A stretch of DNA of 64,000 bases. It comes from Leucoraja ocellata. Taxonomy: Eukaryota. Every line of letters begins with the position of its first letter. Positions within the stretch are counted from its first letter, which is position 1. Position numbers and translations under genes: made by a program. The notes beneath the pieces were generated by a model. That model had not been told where the DNA came from. It was given only the letters and a program-made list of their open reading frames with translations, and did not search any database. Below are positions 12,396 through 24,465 of the stretch, piece by piece. The DNA lies in NCBI GenBank assembly GCA_036785375.1, contig JAWMAR010000214.1, positions 1,612,001-1,676,000 of the forward strand, given 5' to 3'.

Positions 12396-13264
12396 CGGAT
12401 GGATGCAGATTGATGACATTGCATAACAAGGTGTTAACTACTTACTGTTAAGAAGTGCTAACAGTACTAGTTAACAAATCGTTTGTGTCTGATGGCATGC
12501 AGCGGTTGTTATACATGTTCGTTTAAAAAAAATCCGGATGGCGAATTTAAAAAAAATCTTTATTTAACAAAGAGAATTTGTATTTCCCTACGAAATACGG
12601 AACATTAGTGCAGGGCCCCGCTTAGGAGCGGGGCCCAATTGGGAGCAATCGGTCAAATCGGCTTAAGGCCTGCCCTGTTGACACACACCAAAATCCTATA
12701 CTTCCAGCAGCGGAAGTCCACAAGAACTGAAGGATAGAGATGTGTGGTGCGTCCGTCACCATTCCCGTTGGAAACCAGCACCACTGCGACGCTAATGTTT
12801 TCAACGATGATGAATAAATTATATAAGAATTATTATTATTTCTGTGACAAAAACATAATTTCTTTACATCCACAAAAACTATTCCCATGAGTTTTATATC
12901 TATATTACTAAAAGTAAGATCTTGACCACTTTCTGTTTTTCTGTTTCATGATTTTTGAAAAAACGCTGCCACTTACAGCTTTTGGCCATCTTACTGAGAG
13001 TCCCCCTCCGCTGCGCAGGACAGGAGGATTTTTCCCATCGATGAAAAATAAATGAGTTATTAATGTTTAAAAAATGTTGACATTCTCTCTGCTGCCCCTG
13101 CTGGTGGGAGGGGGAGGGACTACAAAACCCGGAAGTGTTGTACCTCACTCAGTCTCTGCAAGGTGGAGGAAGCGAGTGGGTCACGTTTCTCTGAGCTGTG
13201 AATAACACTGAACACATATCTACTCAATGTGAGTGCCCTTAATGTGGTTTGAAAATGAAAATGT

Positions 13265-13485
13265 GGTTGCTTTGAAATGGTGCACTGCAAATGGTTGTTG
13301 GTGGTGGTAATTGCTTTGAAATGCTGCACTGCAAATAGTTGGTGGTGGTGGTAACTGCTTTGAAATGCTGCACTGCAAATGGTTGTTGGTGGCGGTAACT
13401 GCTTTGGAATGCTGCACTGCAAATGGTTGTTGGTGGTGGTAACTGTTTTGAAATGTTGCACTGCAAATGGTTGTTGGTGGTGTAA
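13265..13485. repeat. ~44-bp minisatellite (~5 copies) inside the Helitron
   Basis: Unit CTGCTTTGAAATGCTGCACTGCAAATGGTTGTTGGTGGTGGTAA. Confidence 0.9.
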
Positions 13486-13515
13486 CTTGACAACTTCCTG
13501 TTTGCACTCTATATA

Positions 13516-14019
13516 GGGAGTGCAGAGACGGTTCACCAGACTGATTCCTGGGATGTCAGGACTGTCTTATGAAGAAAGACTGCATAGACTTGGTTTATAC
13601 TCTCTAGAATTTAGGAGATTGAGAGGGGATCTTATAGAAACTTACAAAATTCTTAAGGGGTTGGACGGGCTAGATGCAGGAAGATTGTTCCCGATGTTAG
13701 GGAAGTCCAGGACAAGGGGTCACAGCTTAAGGATAAGGGGGAAATCCTTTAAAACCGAGATGAGAAGAACTTTTTTCACACAGAGAGTGGTGAATCTCTG
13801 GAACTCTTTGCCACAGAGGGTAGTTGAGGCCAGTCCATTGGCTATATTTAAGAGGGAGTTAGATGTGGCCCTTGTGGCTAAGGGGATCAGGGGGTATGGA
13901 GAGAAGGCAGGTACGGGATACTGAGTTGGATGATCAGCCATGATCATATTGAATGGCGGTGCAGGCTCGAAGGGCCGAATGGCCTACTCCTGCACCTAAT
14001 TTCTATGTTTCTATGTTTC
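13516..14019 (+). mobile_element. Young CR1/HER1 3' fragment nested in the Helitron
   Basis: Open ORF2 C-terminus (QRRFTRLIPGM...FFTQRVVNLWNSLP); (TTCTATGT)n tail; TCTATAT occurs at both junctions. Confidence 0.95.
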
Positions 14020-14371
14020 TATATTGATTTTAGATAAAACGCTACCACTTACAGCTGTGATTTTTGGCTATCTTACTCAGTCCCCCTCCGCTCATCAGGT
14101 GCAGAGGATTCTTCCCATCAATGAAAAATAAAAGTGTTAGTGGTGTTTAAAAAAATGTTAAGTATCTCTCTCCTGTCAATCACGCCATGAAGGCCACGCC
14201 CCTTCCAGTGGGAGGGGGAGGGATTATATAACCCGGACGTGTGGGTGTGGCTCAGTCTCTGCAAGATGAGGGAGGGAAAGGTCACGACTCTGTCTGAGCT
14301 GTGAATCAACTGAACACACTGAATGTCTACTGAACTGTGAGTGTGGTGTTTATGTGGTTTTATGGTGGTTT

Positions 14372-14678
14372 CACCCTGCTTGAAATGGTATGAAACTGCA
14401 TTTGAATGTGGTGGTCTTGCACCCTGCATGAAATGATATGAACTGCATTTGAATTCGGTGGCCCTGCACACTGCTTGAAGTGGTAGGAAACTGCACTTGA
14501 ATTCGGTGGCCTTGCACACTGCTTGAAGTGGTAGGAAACGGCACCTGAATTTAGTGGCCTTGCTCCCTGCTTGGAGTAGTATGAAACTATAATTGAATTT
14601 GGTGGCCTTGCACCCTGCTTGAAATGGTAGGAAACTGCACGAATTCGGTGGCCTTGCACCCTGTTTTAAATGGAATGT
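14372..14678. repeat. ~48-bp minisatellite (~6 copies) inside the Helitron
   Basis: Unit CTGCTTGAARTGGTAGGAAACTGCACTTGAATTCGGTGGCCTTGCACM. Confidence 0.9.
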
Positions 14679-15204
14679 CAAGGAATAGCCATGTCAACTG
14701 CTCGCCCACCAGCCATGAGTGAGCTGCCAGCACATTAGGCTTGAGTGACTGAGCTGTCACCCCCAAGTGTCCGTTTGGCCCGCAATGTCCATACTAGACC
14801 TCTGGAAACCAGTCCCTTCAGCCCACAATACCCATACTAGCGCTCCAGAAAGCCCCCCCCCCCCCCCCCCCCCCCCCCCCCGCTGGCCACCAATATTGGA
14901 ATTGGTGGAGAGGTGGAATATTGCATTGGGGCTCCAGCCCTCCCATGTGAACAAGGGACCCAATCGGTCCCACTTAGTCTAGTTCAAATATATTTTTGGG
15001 CCATGGTTCATTTTAAAATGTTTTCTCCAATTGAATATTCTTGAACAAGACATCAGATTGAACTACCCCCAATTTGTTTGCGACTGTTTTCTAAATGTGC
15101 AGACAAGCAAATAAGGAAGATGATGATGTCCTTGCTAGGAAATATGAGCATAGAACTCTTTAGGTCTTTGACATGCTGTAAGATATCTTGTGAACGCAGG
15201 GTGG

Positions 15205-15350
15205 AAGGGTGGGAGATTGCAACCTTCACGTGGTCCACCCTGTTTCGATGATGCAATCAACCTGACTTGCGCAATCAAATAAGATCAAATAGAACAAGTT
15301 GGTCTACAACTTTAGGCTGTGCACATCATACGCAAGACGAGAAGAAGAAG
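15205..15350 (+). mobile_element. Short non-LTR 3' end with (GAA)n tail (Vingi/Ingi-like or RTE-like)
   Basis: Perfect 9-bp TSD GCAGGGTGG (15196-15204 and 15351-15359); ends CATACGCAAGACGAGAAGAAGAAG. Confidence 0.65.
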
Positions 15351-17099
15351 GCAGGGTGGTGAAATGGAGCATATCACTATGACGGCCGTCAGAGGTTATG
15401 GGGGTGAACCAGGACAATGGGGTTATGATGGAAAGAAATATCAGCTACGATTGAATGGCGTAGTAGACTTGATGGGCCGGATGGCCTAATTCAGCTACTA
15501 TAACATGAACATGAACTTATCTCTGAATTATCTTAGTGCAAGGGGATTATTCCGCTATTATTAATTATGGCAATGGGACCTTTCATGTTCATTTGAAGAA
15601 AGATTTCGCCTAAATTTAACATTTCTACTGCATCTCAGAAATGGTATTCTGCATCTAAAATATTGTAACTTCTGCAAAATTCTGACTAGTTATTGTGTTG
15701 TGATAAATTAGCCGGTTTTGATATTAACAATATCTCTAAGTGAGTAACTCCGGGATTTAAACCTTCCATCAGGTTGCCCTAATTTCCAGACAGGGTTTGC
15801 ATAGAGTCATCGTTGCATCATCTAAAGCGTAACGTGAGGAAATTGGGAGCTCCACTGTTGGACAAAAGCCAGTATAATAACGCCAACTACCCAGCTGTCT
15901 AAAACATTGTCAAAATAATGCTCGGCAAAGAGTGCGAGTATTTTAGTGAATTGTTTACATCCTGCATTAGTGTAATAGCCTGGTTTCAGTAAACTATTTT
16001 CAGGATTCGATGATGAGGGGGGAAAGAAAGTCAAATTATTGGAACAGTGTGGATGTGGCCATTGCTAAGTGTAAATATTTAAAAAAAAAGTCCCTTTGGC
16101 CGAAACAATGAATCATTGCAAAATAAAGGAACTAATATTCTCTATAAAGAAGTGAAAGCAAGTGGCCAGCTTACATTTCCCATCCTTTAATTCAATACGT
16201 ATAGGTCCAACACTGATTTTCTGGCAACCTGTGGTCGGCCCCCACCCCCCCACCCCCCCACACCCTCTCCTTTAATCTAGACAAAATGACCTGGAAATAA
16301 AACTGCCTGTTCATTTCTGCACTTTAAAAAAATATATCATCTACTTAGTCTTTGCCGTTCCGTTCAGTACAACATTTCCAGTTATCTGCCTAGCAACATC
16401 TTTACCTCCACCTTTGATGCCCCAGGGCCTGTTAAAATTATTACTTTCTTCCACCTTGGCACCTCTTTAGTATGTTCCTCATCTGTACTCACTCAAATGC
16501 CAAGAGATGCTGATTTGAATGGATATGATGGATGAGTAGTTCAGCCATTGACCACAAAATCAGCTGAATCACACAAAGCATTGTAGTACCATGCTCTTTT
16601 CAGTCAGAACTATTCACTCTCTCATGATCTAACTGGTTAACCCATGACAGTTCTAATGATATTCTTTGGGTTTGCCACCAATTCTAAAGTACCTCATTAT
16701 CATAATTTAGTTATCTGAAACAAAGAAAACGAGAGCCATCATACCCTTTCAATTTTGCCCAGTTCTCCATCTGGTATGAGGTGTTTAACTTAATACAATT
16801 AAGTAATGAGGGTATTTTAAAAATCTTCACCGTTTCAATGATACTTAAGTTATTTACATAAAGACATTATTTTGATTTTCTTTTCATTGAAGAAAGTAAT
16901 TATCAAAAGCATTTGCATATAATGGTGGCAAATGCAAAGCTGACGAGAGACATAAAGGGACTATTACATTTATAAAGACTATCTGTAATTTTTTACAATC
17001 TTTAATAATAATGTACCATATTTCCAAGGTGCAAATAACATCCTCATTCTATGGTACCATGCCTGCGATGGTGTCTACATTTCTCATTACAAAAACGTT

Positions 17100-17990
17100 A
17101 TTTTAGAATTAGTCAATAGATTGTCCCACATTTGTCACTCCAGATTTTATCAATGTGATCCCGTTGCTACAGCAACCACCATCAGCCTATCTATACTGCT
17201 CAAGCTTGCAACCTCCACAGTCAGGAGGAGCCCACTGAGCACCATGTGGTACAGGCGATTAGCTTCTCTGCTCACAAGAGCTGATTGGCAAAGGGTGACG
17301 GGAATTAGATAAAGCATAATTAGCACCCTGATTGAGTAAGGTATTGTTTTTGTTGTCATTCCGGGTTACTGGGAAAGGCCCATTTCTCACACTGAAAAGA
17401 GGACAATGGAGCAGCTGTAGTTCTGAAATTAAGTGTCCAGTGAAGACAGTTTATTCGTACTGTACTTGCGATAGTTCAGCCCTATTTCTTTGTTAGAAAA
17501 AGAGGTCTGAATTTTAGATTATCTTTTTGAGCATCTATCGTGGATTTTTTTTCTGCAGATCTCTGCATTATTTGATACATCTTTAGGAATCCAGGAAACA
17601 ATGAACACATAAGGTTTCTCACGCCGGGATTAAAATTGCAGAGTAAAAGCAGGTTTCGAATGACAAAGAAGTACGATTACCATGCTTAGTATGTTGAATT
17701 GGCTTTGTAAACTCAAGACGATGTTAAAAAAAGTCTGACGAAGATTTGCTGATTTCCTTGTGATAAGTTTTTTAACCCCACAAAGTTTAATGAGGTTAAG
17801 AGCTACGTATCCATCTTTCGTAAATATTGCTGTTTTTGAAGAGCTCCAACATCAGTGGAAGAATATCAAACTACTTTGTGAAAATAATTGCTTCCGAGAT
17901 CCTAATGCTGAATCCTAAGCAGGAATTTTACTGTGAATTATTTAAAGTCAATTTAGTGGAACAAAGAAATATCAGCAGGCAATTTGTAAA
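17100..17990 (+). promoter_or_regulatory. Putative promoter/5'UTR of the 17991 exon
   Basis: Repeat-free stretch directly upstream of the ATG, with an inverted CCAAT box (CTGATTGG, ~17281) and a strong acceptor-like T-tract CTGCAG ending at 17558. The TSS is not determinable from sequence. Confidence 0.35.
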
Positions 17991-18067
17991 ATGTTAAAAT
18001 TGAAAGCCTTCTGCTTGGATTACTGGCAGTTCTTGTGCCTACATCCAATCCATGGATTTTACAAAAG
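17991..18067 (+). CDS. IQSEC1: Alternative first coding exon (MLKLKAFCLDYWQFLCLHPIHGFYK + AG, phase 2), probably IQSEC1/BRAG2 ARF-GEF
   Basis: ATG at 17991 in AAAATG context, 25 open codons + AG, then the donor GTAAGA at 18068, in repeat-free sequence. The peptide matches my recollection of an IQSEC1 N-terminal isoform (MLKFKAFCLDYWQFLCLQP...). Gene identity is from memory, not from a search. Confidence 0.75.
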
Positions 18068-19032
18068 GTAAGACATCAATTATATTTTATTATTTGTTCC
18101 ATGTACACTATAATTGCCATGTAGAATAATGTAATCTGCAGAATATTTTGTTGTTATTCTAATCTTTTGGAGTTGAAGGGAATTTAGTGTGATGCTATAT
18201 TTGGGAAAACATATTAATTGTTAAAAACATAATGATTGTTAGTGCAGCCTCAAACAAAAGCTGGAAAGGCTAGGTCCGACAGAAATAATTTTACATTTCT
18301 TAATGTTGGACTGAATTTAGTGTGATTTTGTAGTAAGCTGTTTGCACGTTAGCATTTTTTTAATTTATTTTTATTTCAACAGAAGGCATATGTAATTAAT
18401 GTTTATATATAAACATTAATGACATTCGTATATTGAGGTACAGGTTCTTGTTCCTCAAAATAAAATTGCCAAGTAACAATTGAAAGTTAATACACTTTCA
18501 GGATCTCCCAACAAGGGAGTTTTACTGCTCTTCTGCAAGCAGATCTCTGAAGAACTTCAATGTTAGCTAATTTCCAATGAAGTTCATTATTGCCTGCTGC
18601 TCTGGTAGCCATTTGCATCGTCGCTACCAAAGTAAAAAAAACGCTGAATAGTTACGGTGCATGCAGCCACCAAAAAAGAGTGCTCTTTTGTGATTGATTA
18701 AAGTTTACGGGTGAATGAGGGGGTATTAGTAGTTTCTAAACCGGTAAATGAATACAAGCAGGAAAGGAAGAAAACCAAACCAATATTAAAAAAAAACATT
18801 TTGTAGCTCCAAGTTGAAATGCACAAGTTAATTATTCTCCTTGCATGTGTAGATAGCTACAAAATCTGGGGGTGTGGGTGTGGGGGGTGGCGGGGGGGAG
18901 ATTGTCCAAAAGTTATCTTGCTACGATACACTTGGCATATCTCATTCCTTCCCACTAACTCGAGTTCCCACAACATACTGTGACACTACAGTTTAAGCTT
19001 TCTCACCGGTGACCAAGGCAATTCATTGGAAT

Positions 19033-19122
19033 GTAGATACAAAATGCTGGAGTAACTCAGGCAGCATCTCTGGTGAAAAGGAATGGGTGACGTTTCAGGT
19101 CGAGGCCCTTCTTCAGACTCAT
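19033..19122 (-). ncRNA. Penelope terminal repeat with an intact minimal type I hammerhead ribozyme core
   Basis: Minus strand reads ATGAGT-CTGAAGA-AGGgcctcgaCCT-GAAAC-GTC-ACCCAT: CUGANGA, stem II, GAAA, palindromic ACGU stem III and a GUC cleavage triplet. Confidence 0.7.
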
Positions 19123-19339
19123 TGGAATTCTACGTGGCTGTTGTCAGCGTATGGTGGGCACGTTTGCTATATTTTTTTAAATTGTACTTAGTGACATATG
19201 GCCGAAATGCTAGCTGAAATTGGACACTTTGGAACTTATTATGGTAGTCAGTCAAATAGTGTGGAAACAGCCCCTTCGGCCCAACTTTCCGAACAATGAC
19301 ATGGGCCTGAGAAAGATCAGTTGCACCAATATGGACAAT

Positions 19340-20190
19340 ATACAGAGGTTTAACTCTTCCAGTTTGCAATTCCAGATGGAATTCAGCGTAGCAAAGTGTA
19401 GAGTCATGTAATTTTGTAGTGGGAATACAGGCAAAGACTATTTTCTAAATTGTGAGAGAATTCAGAAATAGGAGGTGCAAAGGGACGTGCAGATTTCCCA
19501 AAAAGTTAATTTACAACTCATATTGGTAGTAAGGAAGGCAAATACAATGCCTGCAAATATTTCGAGAGGACTAGAATATAAAAACCGGGATGATATGCTG
19601 AGGCTTTATAAGGCCTCAGCATATCATCGCATTTGGAGTATTGTCTGCAGATTTGGGCTCCTTATCTGAAGAAGGATGTGCTGACATTGGAGAGGGACCA
19701 GAGGAGGTTTACAAGAATGATCTCATGAATGATTAGATTAACATATGATGAGTGATTTACGGCACTGGACTTGAACTCGCTGGAGTTTAGAAGAATGAGG
19801 GGGAACCTCATTGAAACTTACCAAATAGTGAAAGGCCTGGATAGAGTGGATGTGGAGAGGATGTTTCCACTAGTGGGAGAGTCTAGGGCCAGAGGCCATA
19901 GCCTCAGAATAAAAGGATGTACATTCAGAAAAGAGATGAGGAGGCATTTCTTTAGTCAGAGGATGGTGAATCTGTGGTTCGTTGCCACATACAGCTCTGG
20001 AGGCCAAGTCAATGGATATTTTTAAGGTGGAGATTGATAGATTGTTGATTAGTATGGATGTCAGGGATTATGGAGAGAAGGCAGGAGAATGAAGTTGAGA
20101 GGGATAGATAGATCAGCCACAATTGGAATGGTGGAGTAGACGTGATGGACCGGATTGCCTAATTGCGCTCCTACAACTTATGAACATGAA
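19340..20190 (+). mobile_element. CR1 LINE 3' fragment (decayed)
   Basis: ORFs 19475.. and 19771.. (RGLEYK, SLEFRRMRG.LIETY, RGHSLRIKG). Confidence 0.85.
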
Positions 20191-21279
20191 TTTTCATGAC
20201 TTCATCGGAAAATTAATCTGGATGTGATGAGTTCTGGATAAAATTTTATTTTGTGCGATTGCCATCTAAAATTATTTTGCCATGTGATCAACATTTCCTT
20301 TAAAAAAAATAAAAAAAATTGAAGTTCTAAACTGACTGTACTTTGTTTACACAGTTTACATTCATTTTCTACTACTAAACATTATGGTAGCTTTGTCATG
20401 CTGTTGAAATCATTTTATTATTGTCTACCCTGTTCCCTCTTGAGAATGTGATCACTATCTGTACTTTATCATAAAAAGGGACATTATTAAACTCTGGGTG
20501 CAATGTAGCCCCAATGGATTATGACATAACCTCCATTTGAACTTGCATTGATGAAGAGAAAGATTCTTAAAACATTTTCTGTTATCAACTATTTGAAAGA
20601 TACTCCCAACTGAAGGTCAAAGTTAAGATTTTACTGGTTTATGATTTTAATAAGGGAAAACAACTCATGTTTAAAGTATGTTTCTCTTCAGATGATCAAT
20701 AAATAGCTTTGCAAGTGCATTCATGTTTCTTAGACAAGAGAGCCGTTTTGGCCAGCCATGGTTTCTTTTGATAGATGTGACTGTTATGAACAATAGACGC
20801 ACACATTTTACTTGGGTCCTGACACCAGAATAATAGATCCTTGTACAATGGAAAAGTGAGACAAGTTTTAATCAGAAATAATTTGCGTTTGTCAAGGCTG
20901 AATGTGCAGGATTCTCTCTGTGTTAATTGCATTTAATGATATCACTTGGATATCAAATCCTGATGTTAAGACTAGAAATAGAGCAGGAAATGTGTTTCGA
21001 TTAATTTCACATCATATGTACAAATTTCCTATTTGAGTTATATTTTATATTTGGTAATTAAGTAATATTGGTTTAAAATACAGTGCCTAAGCTAGTATAA
21101 TTAATATAATAGCTAGTCGACAAATTGCCCATATTACGGACAATACAGGAAAAGAAACTGATGATGTATGGTGAACTGAAATGCCCCTGAAATGCCATAT
21201 TTAAATATATGCCTAAGAAATATATTCTTTACAAAATGTTTAAGTCTTTTTATTTGGTCTGAGCTTCAAGTCAGGAAAC

Positions 21280-21870
21280 ATTCAAGATTGTTTACTTATA
21301 TATTGCGAAACAGAACAATTAAATTCTTACTTGCAGCAGCACGACAGGTTTGTAAACAAAGCAATCGATAGATAGACGAACAACCAAATAAGTAAAAACC
21401 TAATATAATGCAAAACAAAGCCCAAAGTTCCTAGTGCTATCAAGACGGTTGGTAGTTGGACATTTAAATGTAGTTTGCAGTGTTCAGTCGCCTGGGAAGA
21501 AGCTGTCCCTGAAAATCACCGTTTCCAGACTCCTTTTCTTTCTTCCTGATGACAGGAGTGAAATGAAAGTATGGTCAGGGTGGTGTGGATTCCAGATGAT
21601 GCTGGCTGCCTCTTTGAGGCAGATATAGATCTCTTTGATTTAGTTTTATTTCCAAAAATAAATTTGATTCACTTTGAGGGTGGGGAGGTCAGTACCTGTG
21701 ATGGACCGCCACTTTTTATGCACAATCAAACACGACCACCACTTTTTGTAACCTCCTTTGTTCTAGGGCATTCGAGTTGCTGAAGCAAGCCAGGATACAA
21801 TCAGTCAATATGATCTCTATCGTATTCCGTGCAGAGGTTCAAGAGAGTATTCTTCAACATACTGAATCTT
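21280..21870 (-). mobile_element. Rex1/Babar 3' fragment
   Basis: Same AAATTCTTACTTGCAGCAGCAC / GGGAAGAAGCTGT motifs as the other copies. Confidence 0.8.
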
Positions 21871-22290
21871 AGGCTTACTCTTGGCTTTACAAGATTCATG
21901 TCAACCAACAAAGGCTGAGAAGTTTAAGAACATCCCAAGAATGGGTGATCAGAAGCCTTTGACATTTCTTTAAATAGGCTGCATAGTTATTGTATTTCGT
22001 ATTGTCAGTATGCACTACATTCTGTCACTTCATTGGAGGAGAAAGTAATTAAAGCCTGAAGGAAAACTCTAAATATTCAGGGCACAATATTCCTCTTGGA
22101 AAATGTTGACACCTTACATTGAAAACAATACTTACAGGTTAATGTTAACTGCACCACAGAGTTTTCATTGCATTGACATTTAGAATCTAGTAATCACTTC
22201 CTCAACATTTAACCATGGTCATATTACATGGAAACTTTCCTCAGAGCCATGCTGTCTTTTCAAGAACATATTTGGACTATGGCCGAGATA

Positions 22291-22518
22291 GTCACAAAAT
22301 GTGGAGTAACTCCAGCAGCATCTCTGGAGAGAGGAATGGTCGGGTTGCGGCCCTTCTTCAGTCTGAAGGCTTTGTTCTGCCTCTCCCGCATTCCAGCTTT
22401 CTTCTCCCCACCTACAATCAGTCTGAAGAAGGGTCTCAACCCGAAACATCACCCATTCCTCCTCTCCAGAGATGCTGTCTGCCCCGCTAAGTTACTCCAG
22501 CATTTTGTGTTTATCTTT
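22291..22518. mobile_element. Penelope-derived palindromic element with hammerhead-like motifs
   Basis: Inverted arms CACAAAATG.GGAGTAACT / AGTTACTCCAGCATTTTGTG; + strand CTGAAGAAGGGTCTCAACCCGAAACATC at ~22423. Confidence 0.8.
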
Positions 22519-22861
22519 GGACTATGGCCTCCATTTATTTACATTAATGAACTAAATGATTGGACTTCTACCCCTCACAGCATTGAAAGGGATTACAGTG
22601 TAAATTGCTGAAAACACTCATTCTATATGTGATATTCCACCTGCAATAACATTGCATAAACTAGTACAGTATTAATTGCTAAAGACAATATTTGATTCAC
22701 TTTATTTCTAAACAATTGTCTGCAACAGACGTTTTTCTCTAAAATCATACACTTTCATACATTCACATAGAAGAGATTGATTGATGTATCAAACCTCATT
22801 AAGGGAGTCTGTGTGAGATGTAGGATTCCGGGACATGGTAAAACTGCCCTGTCTCTAAAGG

Positions 22862-23440
22862 ACTGTAGTAACTCGGCGGGACAGGCAGCTTCCCTGGAGA
22901 ACATGGATAGGTGATGTTTTGGCTCAAGACCCTTCTTCAGAATAATTGTAGGGGGGAGAAGAAAGCTGGAGAAGGGGAGAGGCAGGACAAAGCATGGCAG
23001 GTAATATGTCGACATTGGTGGGGTGGCTGCTGATAGGCAGATAGTTGGAACAAAGGCTCGTGATATAATAGGAAGGAAGGTGGCAGGCAGGTTTGAAGAG
23101 TTGCCGATTGTAAAGTCAGAGAGGAAATTAGTGGGGGTGATGAATGGTGGGGAGAAATAGGTGGGAGTCCAGATGGGGCAAGAGGGAAGAGGGGGGAAGG
23201 AAAAGGTGGGGGGGGGTTGGGGGAGTTGTGAGAGGTTACCTAAAATTGTATGTATATACCGATGGCTGCCCAAGCTGAATATGAGGTGTTGTTCCTCCAT
23301 TTTGTGTGTTGCCTCACTCTGGCAATGGAGGAGGCCTTGGACAGAAAGGGCAGTGTGCGAGTGGGTAGGGGAGTTAAAATAGCAACCAAGAGATCCAGCG
23401 GACTTTCCGCGAAACGGTCACTGATTCTACTTTTGGTGAG
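22862..23440 (-). mobile_element. Penelope-like element 3' end (GIY-YIG C-terminus + terminal repeat)
   Basis: Frameshifted TKSRISDRFAE...DLLVA and EEQHLIFSLGS, followed by a pyrimidine-rich UTR and the hammerhead-bearing repeat. Confidence 0.8.
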
Positions 23441-24357
23441 TGAGAGTCTGTTGAAGGCCTGCCTACATTGCACAACTGGAAAGTTTTTTTGGTGCTTCAG
23501 ATCAATTAAAATTTAAAGGTTTTTGGCAGTAATTGACATATGACCTCGCCTTTAAGAAATGATGCAATGGGAGGATGAAAAACATTGCTTGGTGATATAG
23601 TAATTACAAAAGACAGAGCTGCCAGAGTTATCCTGAGGAGAAGACAAAAACATGTTTTTCTTTTTAAACATAGAGATCCACAAGGATCATAAAAGCAAGG
23701 ATATGTAAAAACAATTTTAGTTAGTTCCTTTTGTTGTAGATGTAGATAAACCACACAGAAAGAAAAGGACAACAATTGCATTGTTTGGTTGAACTGCATG
23801 TGAGTTTATCCAGCCAAAGTCTATAATGAAGCTAAATGGAAACAATTGTAATATAGTAAGTTGGCAGAAAAAGAACAATAAGAAATAAATTGCTCTAAAC
23901 TTCATGTCATATTTGAATCTGTTGGATAACCTGAAGTATTTCCAATACTTTTCTGTTTTCATATTCTGCTCACTCATTTTTAAGTCTCTATATGTGTGGC
24001 ACTCTGACAGCTAAAACCAACCCATCTTCCACCGTATCAACCTATACACTCAGCCAATCATTTTCACTATTCCCAGGAGTTCCAGCTTGATGCCATCTGC
24101 AGATACATCTTTACTTTGCCTTTCAGTATTCCTCGGAATCCATTACTCACTGACACTTCAGTTCCCTCTGTCACCATCAACAACCCCTTCTCTGCACAAG
24201 GGACATTTATTTGCAACCATACGAGATCTAATCTTCTTCCATCTTTTAACCGAGTATTCCTTCCTGTATTGTTTTTCAGTTGAAACAGTACATTGTTCCT
24301 GGATGCTGCATTGACTACACATAATGTGCTACATTGAACGTCTACATATAAATTGGG

Positions 24358-24465
24358 GAGAGACAAAATACTGGAGTAACTCAGTGTGACTGACAGCATC
24401 TCTGGATAGAAGGAATGGAGACCCTTCTCTAGAATTTTGTGTCTACCTCCGGTGTAAACCAGCCT
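24358..24465. mobile_element. Collapsed Penelope-derived palindrome
   Basis: AGACAAAATACTGGAGTAACTC...ATTTTGTGTCTACC. Confidence 0.6.

Larger units (their letters stand above)
11138..12677. mobile_element. Composite non-autonomous hAT-like element
   Basis: Perfect 8-bp TSD TTGACACA (11130-11137 and 12678-12685); CAGG...CCTG termini; typical right end AATCGGCTTAAGGCCTGCCCTG. Interior holds a CR1 piece (~11149-11563), GGGGTTTAGA repeats, a Penelope palindrome and a hairpin. Confidence 0.7.
10886..12812 (+). mobile_element. Short non-autonomous retroposon (RTE-like), split into 10886-11137 and 12686-12812 by a hAT insertion
   Basis: The two halves rejoin at the TTGACACA duplication; structured GC-rich 5' part; GATGATGA tail; similar flanks ATTATTTAAG/ATTATATAAG. 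The clade assignment is inference. Confidence 0.5.
12899..14982 (+). mobile_element. Non-autonomous Helitron
   Basis: 5' TCTATATTACTAAAAG, 3' hairpin GGGACC-CAATC-GGTCCC followed by ACTTAGTCTAG; inserted between host A and T with no TSD. Confidence 0.85.

Noticed and set aside
13120-14681. Repetitive ORFs in several frames and CRISPR-like periodicity
   Set aside because: These are head-to-tail minisatellites without unique spacers, inside a eukaryotic Helitron; the ORFs are by-products of the repeats.
15822-16034. 70-aa minus-strand ORF in unique DNA
   Set aside because: Non-ATG start, no splice support and no recognisable homology; more likely regulatory sequence.
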